From the NCBI RefSeq assembly GCF_001457615.1, contig NZ_LN831024.1, positions 450,001 through 482,000 of the forward strand: a stretch of 32,000 nucleotides of DNA. The letters are read 5' to 3'. This DNA comes from Pseudomonas aeruginosa (GTDB lineage: Bacteria > Pseudomonadota > Gammaproteobacteria > Pseudomonadales > Pseudomonadaceae). Position numbers and translations under genes: made by a program. This document shows, piece by piece, positions 9,588-19,062 of the stretch. The notes beneath the pieces were generated by a model. It worked only from the letters and a program-made list of their open reading frames with translations, did not search any database and had not been told where the DNA came from. Position 1 is the stretch's first letter. The number at the start of each line of letters is the position of its first letter.

Positions 9588-11078
9588 ATGTCGTTAAGGT
9601 GGCTGCGCGCCGCGGCGTTTCTCATGTTGGGGGTGTTCAGCGCGGTGGCGCTGGGCAAGGATAAACAGCCTACGGCGATCGTCGTCGGCGCGGGCCTGGC
9701 AGGCCTGAGCGCGGCCTACGAATTGCAGAAGGACGGCTGGCAGGTCACGGTGCTCGAAGCGCGGCCGCAGGTGGGCGGGCGTTCCGGCCTGGCCACCAGC
9801 GAATGGGTCGGCAACCAGAAGGTCCAGCCCACGCTCAATGCCTACCTGGACACCTTCAAGCTGAAGCCGGTGCCGGCGCCGGACTTCGTCCGCACCCCCA
9901 GCTACCTGATCGACGGCCTGTACTACAGCAGCAGCGATCTCGCGCTCAAGCAGCCGAACGTCGCCGCCGACCTCAAGCGCTTCGAGTCGACCCTGGACGA
10001 TCTCTCGGCATCGATCTCCGACCCGCTCAACCCTGCCTCGAGCAATACCCTGTTCGCCCTCGACCAGATGAACGCCGCGCGCTGGCTGGACAAGCTGAAC
10101 CTGTCGCCGACCGCGCGCCTGCTGGTCAACCAGCGTATCCGTTCGCGCTACGACGAACCGTCGCGCCTGTCGCTGCTCTACCTCGCCCAGCAGGGCCGCG
10201 CCTACCGTGGCGTCGACGACCGCGACCTGCGCGCGGCGCGCCTGCCCGGCGGCAGCCAGGTGCTGGCGGAAGCCTTCGTCAAGCAGATCAAGACGATCAA
10301 GACCAAATCCAAGGTGTCGAGCATCGTCCAGGCCAAGGACGGCGTCGCCGTCAAGGCCGGCAGCGAGACCTACAAGGCCGACTACGTGGTTCTCGCCGTG
10401 CCGCTGAAGGCGCTCGGCCAGATCCAGATGACCCCGTCCCTGAGCGGTACCCAGATGTCCGCGCTGAAGGGCACCAACTATGGCTGGCGCGACCAGATCC
10501 TGCTGAAGTTCAAGCGTCCGGTGTGGGACGACAAGTCGCGCCTCTCCGGCGAGATCTTCAGCGACCAGGGCCTGGGCATGATCTGGGTCGAGCCGGCGCT
10601 GAAAGGCGGCGCCAACGTGCTGATCAACCTGTCCGGCGACAACGCCCGCGTGCTGCAGGCTTTCGGCGACCGGCAGATGGTCGACCAGGTGCTGATCCGC
10701 ATGAACAAGTTCTATCCGAAGATGCGCGGTGCCTTCGCCGGCTACGAAATTCGTCGCTACAGCGCCGACCCGGGCACCGGCGGTTCCTACCTGGCCTACG
10801 GTCCGGGCCAGGTGACGCGCTTCTGGCGGATCTGGGAACAGCCGCTGTCGCGGGTCGCCTTCGCCGGCGAGCACACCGATGCGCTGTACCCCGGCACCAT
10901 CGAGGGGGCGCTGCGCAGCGGCAAGCGCGCCGCCAGCCAGGTGCGCGACCTGTACGCCGGCAAGACGCCGGTGATCGAGGGCGCACCGATGGTGGCGAAG
11001 GCCGAGAAGGTAGCCGCACCGACGACCGGCGGCGAGAAGAAGAACCCGTTCGCCTGGTTCACCCGCCTGTTCGATTGA
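9588..11078 (+). CDS. Flavin-containing amine oxidase with N-terminal signal/anchor sequence
   Basis: 496 aa from the ATG at 9588, with a GGGGAG RBS at 9576-9581. The N-terminus is hydrophobic (MSLRWLRAAAFLMLGVFSAVALG). It is followed by a Rossmann FAD motif (IVVGAGLAGLSAAYEL...VLEAR..VGGR) and a C-terminal amine-oxidase signature (FAGEHT). The track TTG start at 9480 is rejected. Confidence 0.88.
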   Translation: MSLRWLRAAAFLMLGVFSAVALGKDKQPTAIVVGAGLAGLSAAYELQKDGWQVTVLEARPQVGGRSGLATSEWVGNQKVQPTLNAYLDTFKLKPVPAPDFVRTPSYLIDGLYYSSSDLALKQPNVAADLKRFESTLDDLSASISDPLNPASSNTLFALDQMNAARWLDKLNLSPTARLLVNQRIRSRYDEPSRLSLLYLAQQGRAYRGVDDRDLRAARLPGGSQVLAEAFVKQIKTIKTKSKVSSIVQAKDGVAVKAGSETYKADYVVLAVPLKALGQIQMTPSLSGTQMSALKGTNYGWRDQILLKFKRPVWDDKSRLSGEIFSDQGLGMIWVEPALKGGANVLINLSGDNARVLQAFGDRQMVDQVLIRMNKFYPKMRGAFAGYEIRRYSADPGTGGSYLAYGPGQVTRFWRIWEQPLSRVAFAGEHTDALYPGTIEGALRSGKRAASQVRDLYAGKTPVIEGAPMVAKAEKVAAPTTGGEKKNPFAWFTRLFD

Positions 11079-11089
11079 TCCCCTTCGCC

Positions 11090-11110
11090 GGCGCCGGAAG
11101 CTCCGGCGCC
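11090..11110 (+). terminator. Candidate terminator hairpin after the amine oxidase gene
   Basis: Perfect 9-bp stem GGCGCCGGA / TCCGGCGCC with an AGC loop, 12 nt after the stop. The downstream T-tract is weak (ttgcgcttcc), so it is not a canonical intrinsic terminator. Confidence 0.35.
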
Positions 11111-11184
11111 TTGCGCTTCCCGGTTCGCAGCGCAATCCAGGGTTTTTTCTTAGCCTGCGAACCTATCTTGTGAATCGATGTTTC

Positions 11185-11204
11185 AAAGCAGAATTTTCTG
11201 CTTT
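11185..11204. promoter_or_regulatory. Candidate operator: 9-nt inverted repeat AAAGCAGAA-tt-TTCTGCTTT upstream of the cytochrome b561 gene
   Basis: Perfect inverted repeat in an unusually AT-rich intergenic stretch, 55-74 nt upstream of the ATG at 11259. It is flanked by direct TCGATG hexamers (11175-11180 and 11207-11212). Confidence 0.4.
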
Positions 11205-11258
11205 AACTCGATGGATTTGCCGCTAGTCTTGAGGCTTCGCTTTTCAAGGAAGTTTTTC

Positions 11259-11828
11259 ATGCAGTGGCGCAATACCTCATCCCGTTACGGCGTATTCAGC
11301 CTGTTCCTGCACTGGGGCAGCGCGCTGGTGGTCTTCGGCCTGTTCGGCCTGGGCCTGTGGATGCGCGAACTGAGCTATTACGACCCCTGGTACCACCCCG
11401 CGCCGGCGCTGCATAAAAGCATCGGCATCCTGCTGGCCATCGCCCTGCTGGTGCGGATCGTCTGGCGTTTCGTCAGCCCGCCGCCGCCGGCGCCGGTCAA
11501 CCACGGTCCGCTCACGCGGGTAGCGAGCAAGCTCGGCCACCTCGCGCTGTACGGGCTGCTGCTGGCGGTGATCGTCGCGGGCTACCTGATTTCCACCGCC
11601 GACGGCGAACCGATCAGCGTATTCGGCTGGTTCTCCGTGCCGGCGACCCTCAGCGGGCTGCCCGACCAGGCGGACGTCGCGGGTGAAATCCATCTCTACC
11701 TGGCCTGGGCGCTGGTGGTCTTCGCCGTCCTCCATGCCCTGGCCGCCCTCAAGCATCACTTCGTCGACCGCGACCCGACCCTAAAGCGCATGCTCGGTCG
11801 CTCGTCGAATGATCAACAACCACGTTAA
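11259..11828 (+). CDS. Cytochrome b561-family membrane protein
   Basis: 189 aa from the ATG at 11259, with an AAGGAAG RBS at 11246-11252. It has four hydrophobic segments and conserved His residues ([26 protein letters not shown]) typical of CybB/YceJ. The track start at 11178 has no RBS. Confidence 0.85.
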   Translation: MQWRNTSSRYGVFSLFLHWGSALVVFGLFGLGLWMRELSYYDPWYHPAPALHKSIGILLAIALLVRIVWRFVSPPPPAPVNHGPLTRVASKLGHLALYGLLLAVIVAGYLISTADGEPISVFGWFSVPATLSGLPDQADVAGEIHLYLAWALVVFAVLHALAALKHHFVDRDPTLKRMLGRSSNDQQPR

Positions 11829-11839
11829 GGAGAATGTCC

Positions 11840-12415
11840 ATGCTGAAGAAGACCCTTGCCGCGCTGGCGCTCGGCTCCGCACTGTTCACCGCCGGCCAGG
11901 CAATGGCCGCGGACTACAAGATCGACAAGGAAGGCCAGCACGCCTTCATCGAGTTCCGCATCAAGCACCTGGGCTATAGCTGGCTGTACGGCCGCTTCAA
12001 CGACTTCGACGGCAGCTTCACCTTCGACGAGAAGAACCCGTCGGCCGACAAGGTCAAGGTGACCATCAACACCAACAGCGTGGACACCAACCATGCCGAG
12101 CGTGACAAGCACCTGCGCAGCGGTGATTTCCTCAACGTCAGCAAGAACCCGACCGCTACCTTCGAATCCACCGAAGTGAAGGCCAACGGCGACAGCGCCG
12201 ACATCACCGGCAACCTGACCCTGAACGGCGTGACCAAGCCGGTCACCATCAAGGCCAAGCTGATCGGCCAGGGCGATGACCCGTGGGGCGGCTACCGTGC
12301 CGGCTTCGAAGGCAGCGCCACCCTGAAGCTGAAAGACTTCGGCATCAAGATGGACCTCGGCCCCGCATCCCAGGAAGTCGAGCTGCTGCTCTCCGTCGAA
12401 GGCATTCGCCAGTAA
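11840..12415 (+). CDS. pasP: YceI-like periplasmic/secreted protein (remembered as PasP, PA0423)
   Basis: 191 aa from the ATG at 11840, with an AAGGAG RBS at 11827-11832 (7-nt spacing). The ATG at 11834 sits too close to the RBS. Signal peptide [23 protein letters not shown], followed by a YceI-like domain ([25 protein letters not shown]). The b561-YceI pairing is classic. Confidence 0.9.
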   Translation: MLKKTLAALALGSALFTAGQAMAADYKIDKEGQHAFIEFRIKHLGYSWLYGRFNDFDGSFTFDEKNPSADKVKVTINTNSVDTNHAERDKHLRSGDFLNVSKNPTATFESTEVKANGDSADITGNLTLNGVTKPVTIKAKLIGQGDDPWGGYRAGFEGSATLKLKDFGIKMDLGPASQEVELLLSVEGIRQ

Positions 12416-12431
12416 GCGGATACCTGAAACG

Positions 12432-12459
12432 AAAAACGCCGGCGATCGCCGGCGTTTTT
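12432..12459. terminator. Bidirectional rho-independent terminator shared by pasP and mexR
   Basis: AAAAACGCCGGCG-AT-CGCCGGCGTTTTT: a GC-rich stem flanked by A5 on one side and T5 on the other. It lies between the convergent stops at 12415 and 12484. Confidence 0.85.
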
Positions 12460-12483
12460 CATTGTGCTTCGAAAAGAATGTTC

Positions 12484-12927
12484 TTAAATATCCTCAAGCG
12501 GTTGCGCGGCCAGGCATTGGTCGAGGAGATGCACCAGGGTGGCTTGTTCCTCCGGGGTGAGCGGGGCAAACAACTCGTCATGCACGCGTGACATGATGGC
12601 CTCCGCATGCTGGTGGATGGCCAGCCCCTCGTCGGTGAGGAAGAGCTGGAAGCTGCGCTGGTCGCTGGGGTTGCGCTCGCGGCGGACCAGGTTTCTTCCC
12701 TCCAGCTCGCGGATCTTCCGGGTGATCAGTGCCTTGTCGCGGCACATCTGGCGTCCCAGGTCCTGCAGGTTCAGCCCGCGTTGTTCGTCGATAAGCTTCA
12801 ATACATGGACGTCGGGCGGGGTCAGGTCGAGTCGCTGGCAATCGAGCTCGCTCTGGATGCGCGTCCGCACATGCTGGAAGACCGCCATCAGCGCGGGCAT
12901 CAGGTCGGGATTCACGGGGTAGTTCAT
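12484..12927 (-). CDS. mexR: MexR, MarR-family repressor of mexAB-oprM
   Basis: 147 aa ([59 protein letters not shown]...). Winged-helix MarR fold, divergent from mexA. I recognise it as MexR. Confidence 0.97.
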   Translation of the reverse strand: MNYPVNPDLMPALMAVFQHVRTRIQSELDCQRLDLTPPDVHVLKLIDEQRGLNLQDLGRQMCRDKALITRKIRELEGRNLVRRERNPSDQRSFQLFLTDEGLAIHQHAEAIMSRVHDELFAPLTPEEQATLVHLLDQCLAAQPLEDI

Positions 12928-12939
12928 TGGTTTGGCCGA

Positions 12940-12955
12940 GTAAACCTAATGTAAA
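12940..12955 (+). promoter_or_regulatory. Tandem GTAAA-N6-GTAAA (CpxR-box-like) in the mexR-mexA intergenic region
   Basis: GTAAAcctaatGTAAA is seen directly. A CpxR site of the form GTAAA-N(4-8)-GTAAA was reported near the distal mexA promoter; this is from memory and the exact published coordinates are not verified. Confidence 0.45.
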
Positions 12956-12959
12956 TGTG

Positions 12960-12974
12960 GTTGATCCAGTCAAC
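12960..12974. promoter_or_regulatory. MexR operator site (GTTGA-N5-TCAAC), copy 1
   Basis: GTTGAtccagTCAAC is a perfect inverted repeat matching the published MexR recognition motif. Confidence 0.85.
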
Positions 12975-12990
12975 TATTTTGCTTATTTTA

Positions 12991-13005
12991 GTTGACCTTA
13001 TCAAC
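12991..13005. promoter_or_regulatory. MexR operator site (GTTGA-N5-TCAAC), copy 2
   Basis: GTTGAccttaTCAAC is a second perfect copy, 31 bp from the first (start to start). It overlaps a TTGACC -35-like hexamer. Confidence 0.85.
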
Positions 13006-13101
13006 CTTGTTTCAGGTTCTGAATATGGGCCATGGCGCCGGGTGGATAACCGGCCATCGAGCTAAAACGTTTCAGGTGTTTTCACGCGAGGCTTTCGGAC
13101 G

Positions 13102-13131
13102 TTTACAAACACCTATGAATGTAAGTATTTT
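13102..13131 (+). promoter_or_regulatory. Candidate proximal mexA promoter / TetR-type (NalD-like) operator
   Basis: AT-rich block containing TTTACA (-35-like), an 18-nt spacer and TATTTT (-10-like). It also holds the inverted repeat TTACA-N12-TGTAA (13103-13124), about 70-100 nt upstream of the mexA ATG. A NalD-controlled proximal promoter is known to exist, but this exact mapping is my inference. Confidence 0.4.
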
Positions 13132-13201
13132 GCCTGCCTTCTTCGAGCCGGTGCAGCGCCTTCACGCTGCATCGGCCGCTTTCGCTCATGAGGACAACGC
13201 T

Positions 13202-14353
13202 ATGCAACGAACGCCAGCCATGCGTGTACTGGTTCCGGCCCTGCTGGTCGCGATTTCGGCCCTTTCCGGGTGCGGAAAAAGCGAGGCGCCGCCGCCGGCG
13301 CAAACGCCGGAGGTCGGGATCGTGACCCTGGAAGCGCAGACGGTGACCCTGAATACCGAGCTGCCGGGCCGGACCAATGCGTTCCGCATCGCCGAGGTGC
13401 GTCCCCAGGTGAACGGCATCATCCTCAAGCGCCTGTTCAAGGAAGGCAGCGACGTCAAGGCCGGGCAGCAGCTCTACCAGATCGACCCCGCCACCTACGA
13501 GGCCGACTACCAAAGCGCCCAGGCCAACCTGGCCTCGACCCAGGAGCAGGCCCAGCGCTACAAGCTGCTGGTCGCCGACCAGGCCGTGAGCAAGCAGCAG
13601 TACGCCGACGCCAATGCCGCCTACCTGCAGTCCAAGGCGGCGGTGGAGCAGGCGCGGATCAACCTGCGCTACACCAAGGTGCTGTCGCCGATCTCCGGCC
13701 GCATCGGCCGTTCCGCGGTGACCGAAGGCGCCCTGGTGACCAACGGCCAGGCCAACGCGATGGCCACCGTGCAACAGCTCGACCCGATCTACGTCGACGT
13801 CACCCAGCCGTCCACCGCCCTGCTGCGCCTGCGCCGCGAACTGGCCAGCGGCCAGTTGGAGCGCGCCGGCGACAACGCGGCGAAGGTCTCCCTGAAGCTG
13901 GAGGACGGTAGCCAATACCCGCTGGAAGGCCGCCTCGAATTCTCCGAGGTTTCCGTCGACGAAGGCACCGGCTCGGTCACCATCCGCGCCGTGTTCCCCA
14001 ACCCGAACAACGAGCTGCTGCCCGGCATGTTCGTTCACGCGCAGTTGCAGGAAGGCGTCAAGCAGAAGGCCATCCTCGCTCCGCAGCAAGGCGTGACCCG
14101 CGACCTCAAGGGCCAGGCTACCGCGCTGGTGGTGAACGCGCAGAACAAGGTCGAGCTGCGGGTGATCAAGGCCGACCGGGTGATCGGCGACAAGTGGCTG
14201 GTCACCGAAGGCCTGAACGCCGGCGACAAGATCATTACCGAAGGCCTGCAGTTCGTGCAGCCGGGTGTCGAGGTGAAGACCGTGCCGGCGAAGAATGTCG
14301 CGTCCGCGCAGAAGGCCGACGCCGCTCCGGCGAAAACCGACAGCAAGGGCTGA
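13202..14353 (+). CDS. mexA: MexA, RND periplasmic adaptor lipoprotein
   Basis: 383 aa from the ATG at 13202 (MQRTPAMRVLVPALLVAISALSGC, lipobox LSGC). The track start at 12992 would run through the operators and is rejected. Confidence 0.97.
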   Translation: MQRTPAMRVLVPALLVAISALSGCGKSEAPPPAQTPEVGIVTLEAQTVTLNTELPGRTNAFRIAEVRPQVNGIILKRLFKEGSDVKAGQQLYQIDPATYEADYQSAQANLASTQEQAQRYKLLVADQAVSKQQYADANAAYLQSKAAVEQARINLRYTKVLSPISGRIGRSAVTEGALVTNGQANAMATVQQLDPIYVDVTQPSTALLRLRRELASGQLERAGDNAAKVSLKLEDGSQYPLEGRLEFSEVSVDEGTGSVTIRAVFPNPNNELLPGMFVHAQLQEGVKQKAILAPQQGVTRDLKGQATALVVNAQNKVELRVIKADRVIGDKWLVTEGLNAGDKIITEGLQFVQPGVEVKTVPAKNVASAQKADAAPAKTDSKG

Positions 14354-14368
14354 TCAAGGGGATTCGTA

Positions 14369-17300
14369 ATGTCGAAGTTTTTCATTGATAGGCCCATTTT
14401 CGCGTGGGTGATCGCCTTGGTGATCATGCTCGCGGGCGGCCTGTCGATCCTCAGTCTGCCGGTCAACCAGTACCCGGCCATCGCCCCGCCGGCCATCGCC
14501 GTGCAGGTGAGCTACCCGGGCGCCTCGGCCGAGACGGTGCAGGACACCGTGGTCCAGGTGATCGAGCAGCAGATGAACGGGATCGACAATCTGCGCTACA
14601 TCTCCTCGGAGAGTAACTCCGACGGCAGCATGACCATCACCGTGACCTTCGAACAGGGCACCGACCCCGACATCGCCCAGGTCCAGGTGCAGAACAAGCT
14701 GCAACTGGCCACCCCGCTACTGCCGCAGGAAGTGCAGCGCCAGGGGATCCGGGTGACCAAGGCGGTGAAGAACTTCCTCATGGTGGTCGGTGTGGTTTCC
14801 ACCGACGGCAGCATGACCAAGGAAGACCTGTCGAACTACATCGTTTCCAACATCCAGGACCCGCTCTCGCGGACCAAGGGCGTCGGTGACTTCCAGGTGT
14901 TCGGCTCGCAGTACTCGATGCGCATCTGGCTCGACCCGGCCAAGCTGAACAGCTACCAGCTGACCCCCGGCGACGTGAGCAGCGCGATCCAGGCGCAGAA
15001 CGTGCAGATTTCCTCCGGCCAGCTCGGCGGCTTGCCGGCGGTCAAGGGCCAGCAGCTCAACGCCACCATCATCGGCAAGACCCGCCTGCAGACCGCGGAG
15101 CAATTCGAGAACATCCTGCTCAAGGTCAATCCCGACGGTTCCCAGGTGCGCCTGAAGGACGTCGCCGATGTAGGCCTGGGCGGCCAGGACTACAGCATCA
15201 ACGCGCAGTTCAACGGCAGCCCGGCGTCCGGTATCGCGATCAAGCTGGCCACCGGCGCCAACGCGCTGGATACCGCCAAGGCGATCCGCCAGACCATCGC
15301 CAACCTGGAACCGTTCATGCCGCAGGGCATGAAGGTGGTCTACCCGTACGACACCACCCCGGTGGTCTCGGCCTCGATCCATGAGGTAGTGAAGACCCTC
15401 GGCGAGGCGATCCTCCTCGTGTTCCTGGTGATGTACCTGTTCCTGCAGAACTTCCGCGCCACGCTGATCCCGACCATCGCCGTACCGGTGGTGCTGCTGG
15501 GGACCTTCGGCGTGCTCGCCGCGTTCGGCTTCTCGATCAACACCCTGACCATGTTCGGCATGGTGCTGGCCATCGGCTTGCTGGTGGACGACGCCATCGT
15601 GGTGGTGGAGAACGTCGAGCGGGTGATGGCCGAGGAAGGCCTGTCGCCAAGGGAGGCGGCGCGCAAGTCCATGGGCCAGATCCAGGGCGCGCTGGTCGGT
15701 ATCGCCATGGTGCTCTCGGCGGTATTCCTACCGATGGCGTTCTTCGGCGGCTCCACCGGGGTGATCTACCGGCAGTTCTCCATCACCATCGTGTCGGCCA
15801 TGGCCCTCTCGGTGATCGTGGCGCTGATCCTCACCCCGGCGCTCTGCGCGACCATGCTCAAGCCGATCGAGAAAGGCGACCATGGCGAGCACAAGGGCGG
15901 CTTCTTCGGCTGGTTCAACCGGATGTTCCTTTCCACCACCCACGGCTACGAGCGGGGCGTGGCGTCGATCCTCAAGCATCGCGCGCCGTACCTGCTGATC
16001 TACGTGGTGATCGTGGCCGGGATGATCTGGATGTTCACCCGCATTCCCACCGCGTTCCTTCCCGACGAGGACCAGGGCGTACTGTTCGCCCAGGTACAGA
16101 CCCCGCCGGGCTCCAGTGCCGAGCGTACCCAGGTGGTGGTGGACTCGATGCGCGAATACCTGCTGGAGAAGGAAAGCTCTTCGGTCAGCTCGGTGTTCAC
16201 CGTGACCGGCTTCAACTTCGCCGGCCGCGGCCAGAGTTCGGGCATGGCGTTCATCATGCTCAAGCCCTGGGAAGAGCGTCCCGGTGGCGAGAACAGCGTG
16301 TTCGAACTGGCCAAGCGCGCGCAGATGCACTTCTTCAGCTTCAAGGACGCGATGGTGTTCGCCTTCGCGCCGCCGTCGGTTCTGGAACTGGGTAACGCCA
16401 CCGGCTTCGACCTGTTCCTCCAGGACCAGGCGGGTGTCGGCCACGAAGTCCTGCTCCAGGCGCGCAACAAGTTCCTCATGCTCGCCGCGCAGAACCCGGC
16501 GCTGCAACGCGTGCGCCCCAACGGCATGAGCGACGAACCGCAGTACAAGCTGGAGATCGACGACGAGAAGGCCAGCGCCCTCGGCGTGTCCCTTGCCGAC
16601 ATCAACAGCACCGTGTCCATCGCCTGGGGTTCGAGCTACGTCAACGACTTCATCGACCGTGGCCGGGTCAAGCGGGTCTACCTGCAGGGCAGGCCGGACG
16701 CGCGGATGAACCCGGACGACCTGAGCAAGTGGTACGTGCGCAACGACAAGGGCGAGATGGTGCCGTTCAACGCCTTCGCCACCGGCAAGTGGGAATACGG
16801 TTCGCCGAAGCTGGAGCGCTACAATGGCGTGCCGGCGATGGAGATCCTCGGCGAGCCGGCGCCCGGCCTGAGTTCCGGTGACGCCATGGCGGCGGTCGAG
16901 GAGATCGTCAAGCAATTGCCGAAAGGCGTTGGCTACTCCTGGACCGGCCTGTCCTACGAGGAGCGCTTGTCCGGCTCGCAGGCGCCGGCGCTGTATGCGC
17001 TGTCGCTGCTGGTGGTGTTCCTCTGCCTGGCGGCCCTGTACGAAAGCTGGTCGATTCCGTTCTCGGTGATGCTGGTGGTGCCGTTGGGCGTGATCGGCGC
17101 GCTGCTGGCGACGTCCATGCGCGGCCTGTCCAACGACGTGTTCTTCCAGGTGGGCCTGTTGACGACCATCGGCCTGTCGGCGAAGAACGCCATTCTCATC
17201 GTGGAGTTCGCCAAGGAGCTGCACGAGCAGGGCAAGGGCATCGTCGAGGCGGCCATCGAAGCCTGCCGCATGCGTCTGCGGCCGATCGTGATGACCTCCC

Positions 17301-17509
17301 TGGCGTTCATCCTCGGCGTGGTCCCGCTGGCGATCTCCACCGGCGCCGGCTCGGGCAGCCAGCATGCGATCGGTACCGGCGTGATCGGCGGCATGGTCAC
17401 TGCGACCGTCCTGGCGATCTTCTGGGTACCGCTGTTCTACGTGGCGGTCAGCACGCTGTTCAAGGACGAGGCGTCCAAGCAGCAAGCGTCCGTCGAAAAG
17501 GGGCAATGA
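14369..17509 (+). CDS. mexB: MexB, RND inner-membrane multidrug efflux transporter
   Basis: 1046 aa ([21 protein letters not shown]...), an AcrB-family 12-TM architecture. AAGGGG RBS at 14356-14361. Confidence 0.98.
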   Translation: MSKFFIDRPIFAWVIALVIMLAGGLSILSLPVNQYPAIAPPAIAVQVSYPGASAETVQDTVVQVIEQQMNGIDNLRYISSESNSDGSMTITVTFEQGTDPDIAQVQVQNKLQLATPLLPQEVQRQGIRVTKAVKNFLMVVGVVSTDGSMTKEDLSNYIVSNIQDPLSRTKGVGDFQVFGSQYSMRIWLDPAKLNSYQLTPGDVSSAIQAQNVQISSGQLGGLPAVKGQQLNATIIGKTRLQTAEQFENILLKVNPDGSQVRLKDVADVGLGGQDYSINAQFNGSPASGIAIKLATGANALDTAKAIRQTIANLEPFMPQGMKVVYPYDTTPVVSASIHEVVKTLGEAILLVFLVMYLFLQNFRATLIPTIAVPVVLLGTFGVLAAFGFSINTLTMFGMVLAIGLLVDDAIVVVENVERVMAEEGLSPREAARKSMGQIQGALVGIAMVLSAVFLPMAFFGGSTGVIYRQFSITIVSAMALSVIVALILTPALCATMLKPIEKGDHGEHKGGFFGWFNRMFLSTTHGYERGVASILKHRAPYLLIYVVIVAGMIWMFTRIPTAFLPDEDQGVLFAQVQTPPGSSAERTQVVVDSMREYLLEKESSSVSSVFTVTGFNFAGRGQSSGMAFIMLKPWEERPGGENSVFELAKRAQMHFFSFKDAMVFAFAPPSVLELGNATGFDLFLQDQAGVGHEVLLQARNKFLMLAAQNPALQRVRPNGMSDEPQYKLEIDDEKASALGVSLADINSTVSIAWGSSYVNDFIDRGRVKRVYLQGRPDARMNPDDLSKWYVRNDKGEMVPFNAFATGKWEYGSPKLERYNGVPAMEILGEPAPGLSSGDAMAAVEEIVKQLPKGVGYSWTGLSYEERLSGSQAPALYALSLLVVFLCLAALYESWSIPFSVMLVVPLGVIGALLATSMRGLSNDVFFQVGLLTTIGLSAKNAILIVEFAKELHEQGKGIVEAAIEACRMRLRPIVMTSLAFILGVVPLAISTGAGSGSQHAIGTGVIGGMVTATVLAIFWVPLFYVAVSTLFKDEASKQQASVEKGQ

Positions 17510-17510
17510 T

Positions 17511-18968
17511 ATGAAACGGTCCTTCCTTTCCCTGGCGGTAGCCGCTGTCGTTCTGTCCGGCTGCTCGCTGATCCCCGACTACCAGCGCCCCGAGGCGCCG
17601 GTAGCCGCGGCCTACCCGCAAGGGCAGGCCTACGGGCAGAACACCGGCGCGGCGGCCGTTCCGGCCGCCGACATCGGCTGGCGCGAGTTCTTCCGCGACC
17701 CGCAGTTGCAGCAACTGATCGGCGTGGCGCTGGAAAACAACCGCGACCTGCGGGTCGCCGCGCTGAACGTCGAGGCCTTCCGGGCGCAGTACCGCATCCA
17801 GCGGGCCGACCTGTTCCCGCGGATCGGCGTGGACGGTAGCGGCACCCGCCAGCGTTTGCCGGGCGACCTGTCGACCACCGGCAGTCCGGCGATTTCCAGC
17901 CAGTACGGGGTGACCCTGGGCACTACCGCCTGGGAACTCGATCTCTTCGGCCGCCTGCGCAGCCTGCGCGACCAGGCCCTGGAGCAGTACCTGGCGACCG
18001 AACAGGCGCAGCGCAGCGCGCAGACCACCCTGGTGGCCAGCGTGGCGACCGCCTACCTGACGCTGAAGGCCGACCAGGCGCAGTTGCAGCTGACCAAGGA
18101 CACCCTGGGCACCTACCAGAAGAGTTTCGACCTGACCCAGCGCAGCTACGACGTCGGCGTCGCCTCCGCGCTCGACCTGCGCCAGGCGCAGACCGCCGTG
18201 GAAGGCGCCCGCGCGACCCTGGCGCAGTACACCCGCCTGGTAGCCCAGGACCAGAATGCGCTGGTCCTGCTGCTGGGCTCCGGGATCCCGGCGAACCTGC
18301 CGCAAGGCCTGGGCCTGGACCAGACCCTGCTGACCGAAGTGCCGGCGGGTCTGCCGTCGGACCTGCTGCAACGGCGCCCGGACATCCTCGAGGCCGAGCA
18401 CCAGCTCATGGCTGCCAACGCCAGCATCGGCGCCGCGCGCGCGGCGTTCTTCCCGAGCATCAGCCTGACCGCCAACGCCGGCACCATGAGCCGCCAACTG
18501 TCCGGCCTGTTCGACGCCGGTTCGGGTTCCTGGTTGTTCCAGCCGTCGATCAACCTGCCGATCTTCACCGCCGGCAGCCTGCGTGCCAGCCTGGACTACG
18601 CGAAGATCCAGAAGGACATCAACGTCGCGCAGTACGAGAAGGCGATCCAGACGGCGTTCCAGGAAGTCGCCGACGGCCTGGCCGCGCGCGGTACCTTCAC
18701 CGAGCAGTTGCAGGCGCAGCGCGATCTGGTCAAGGCCAGCGACGAGTACTACCAGCTCGCCGACAAGCGTTATCGCACGGGGGTGGACAACTACCTGACC
18801 CTGCTCGACGCGCAACGCTCGCTGTTCACCGCGCAGCAGCAACTGATCACCGACCGCCTCAATCAGCTGACCAGCGAGGTCAACCTGTACAAGGCCCTCG
18901 GCGGCGGCTGGAACCAGCAGACCGTGACCCAGCAGCAGACCGCGAAGAAGGAAGATCCCCAGGCTTGA
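17511..18968 (+). CDS. oprM: OprM, outer-membrane efflux channel lipoprotein
   Basis: 485 aa, with the ATG 1 nt after the mexB stop (TGAtATG). Lipobox LSGC ([18 protein letters not shown]). Duplicated TolC-like repeats. Confidence 0.98.
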   Translation: MKRSFLSLAVAAVVLSGCSLIPDYQRPEAPVAAAYPQGQAYGQNTGAAAVPAADIGWREFFRDPQLQQLIGVALENNRDLRVAALNVEAFRAQYRIQRADLFPRIGVDGSGTRQRLPGDLSTTGSPAISSQYGVTLGTTAWELDLFGRLRSLRDQALEQYLATEQAQRSAQTTLVASVATAYLTLKADQAQLQLTKDTLGTYQKSFDLTQRSYDVGVASALDLRQAQTAVEGARATLAQYTRLVAQDQNALVLLLGSGIPANLPQGLGLDQTLLTEVPAGLPSDLLQRRPDILEAEHQLMAANASIGAARAAFFPSISLTANAGTMSRQLSGLFDAGSGSWLFQPSINLPIFTAGSLRASLDYAKIQKDINVAQYEKAIQTAFQEVADGLAARGTFTEQLQAQRDLVKASDEYYQLADKRYRTGVDNYLTLLDAQRSLFTAQQQLITDRLNQLTSEVNLYKALGGGWNQQTVTQQQTAKKEDPQA

Positions 18969-18989
18969 TCGCCTTCCGCGCCATGCAAG

Positions 18990-19017
18990 AACGCCGACCC
19001 TAGGGTCGGCGTTTTTT
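18990..19017 (+). terminator. Rho-independent terminator of mexAB-oprM
   Basis: AACGCCGACCC-TA-GGGTCGGCGTT followed by a T-run (TTTTTT to 19017), 22 nt after the oprM stop. Confidence 0.85.
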
Positions 19018-19033
19018 ATCCTCGCGGAAGTCG

Positions 19034-19056
19034 GCGGGTCCGCGTCACGGACCCGC
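19034..19056 (-). terminator. Candidate terminator/3' stabilising hairpin of rhlE2
   Basis: Perfect 9-bp stem GCGGGTCCG / CGGACCCGC with a 5-nt loop, 7 nt downstream of the rhlE2 stop on the minus strand. There is no adjacent U-tract, so its function is uncertain. Confidence 0.35.
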
Positions 19057-19062
19057 TCGGCC

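Noticed and set aside
8026-11135. 523-aa plus-strand and 513-aa minus-strand ORFs antisense to bioA and the amine oxidase gene. Similar shadow ORFs include 1856-2758, 2643-3707, 4128-5060, 7112-8140, 13103-14089, 22437-23264, 23818-25296, 27240-28151 and 30733-31881.
   Set aside because: All are shadow ORFs opposite or out of frame to well-supported genes. None has an RBS, motifs or a sensible composition.
11185-11204. The AAAGCAGAA/TTCTGCTTT inverted repeat as the intrinsic terminator of the amine oxidase gene
   Set aside because: The stem is AU-rich with a 2-nt spacer, and the U residues are part of the stem rather than a trailing tract. A GC-rich hairpin nearer the stop (11090-11110) is a better terminator candidate. 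I kept the repeat as an operator candidate instead.
12992-13201. In-frame 70-codon upstream extension of mexA from the ORF track
   Set aside because: It would start inside the MexR operators and translate through the promoter region. The ATG at 13202 gives a canonical lipoprotein signal (LSGC).
15728-18842. 592-aa and 460-aa minus-strand ORFs antisense to mexB and oprM
   Set aside because: Same artefact. mexB and oprM are certain, and the antisense translations are Arg/Gly/His/Gln-rich nonsense.
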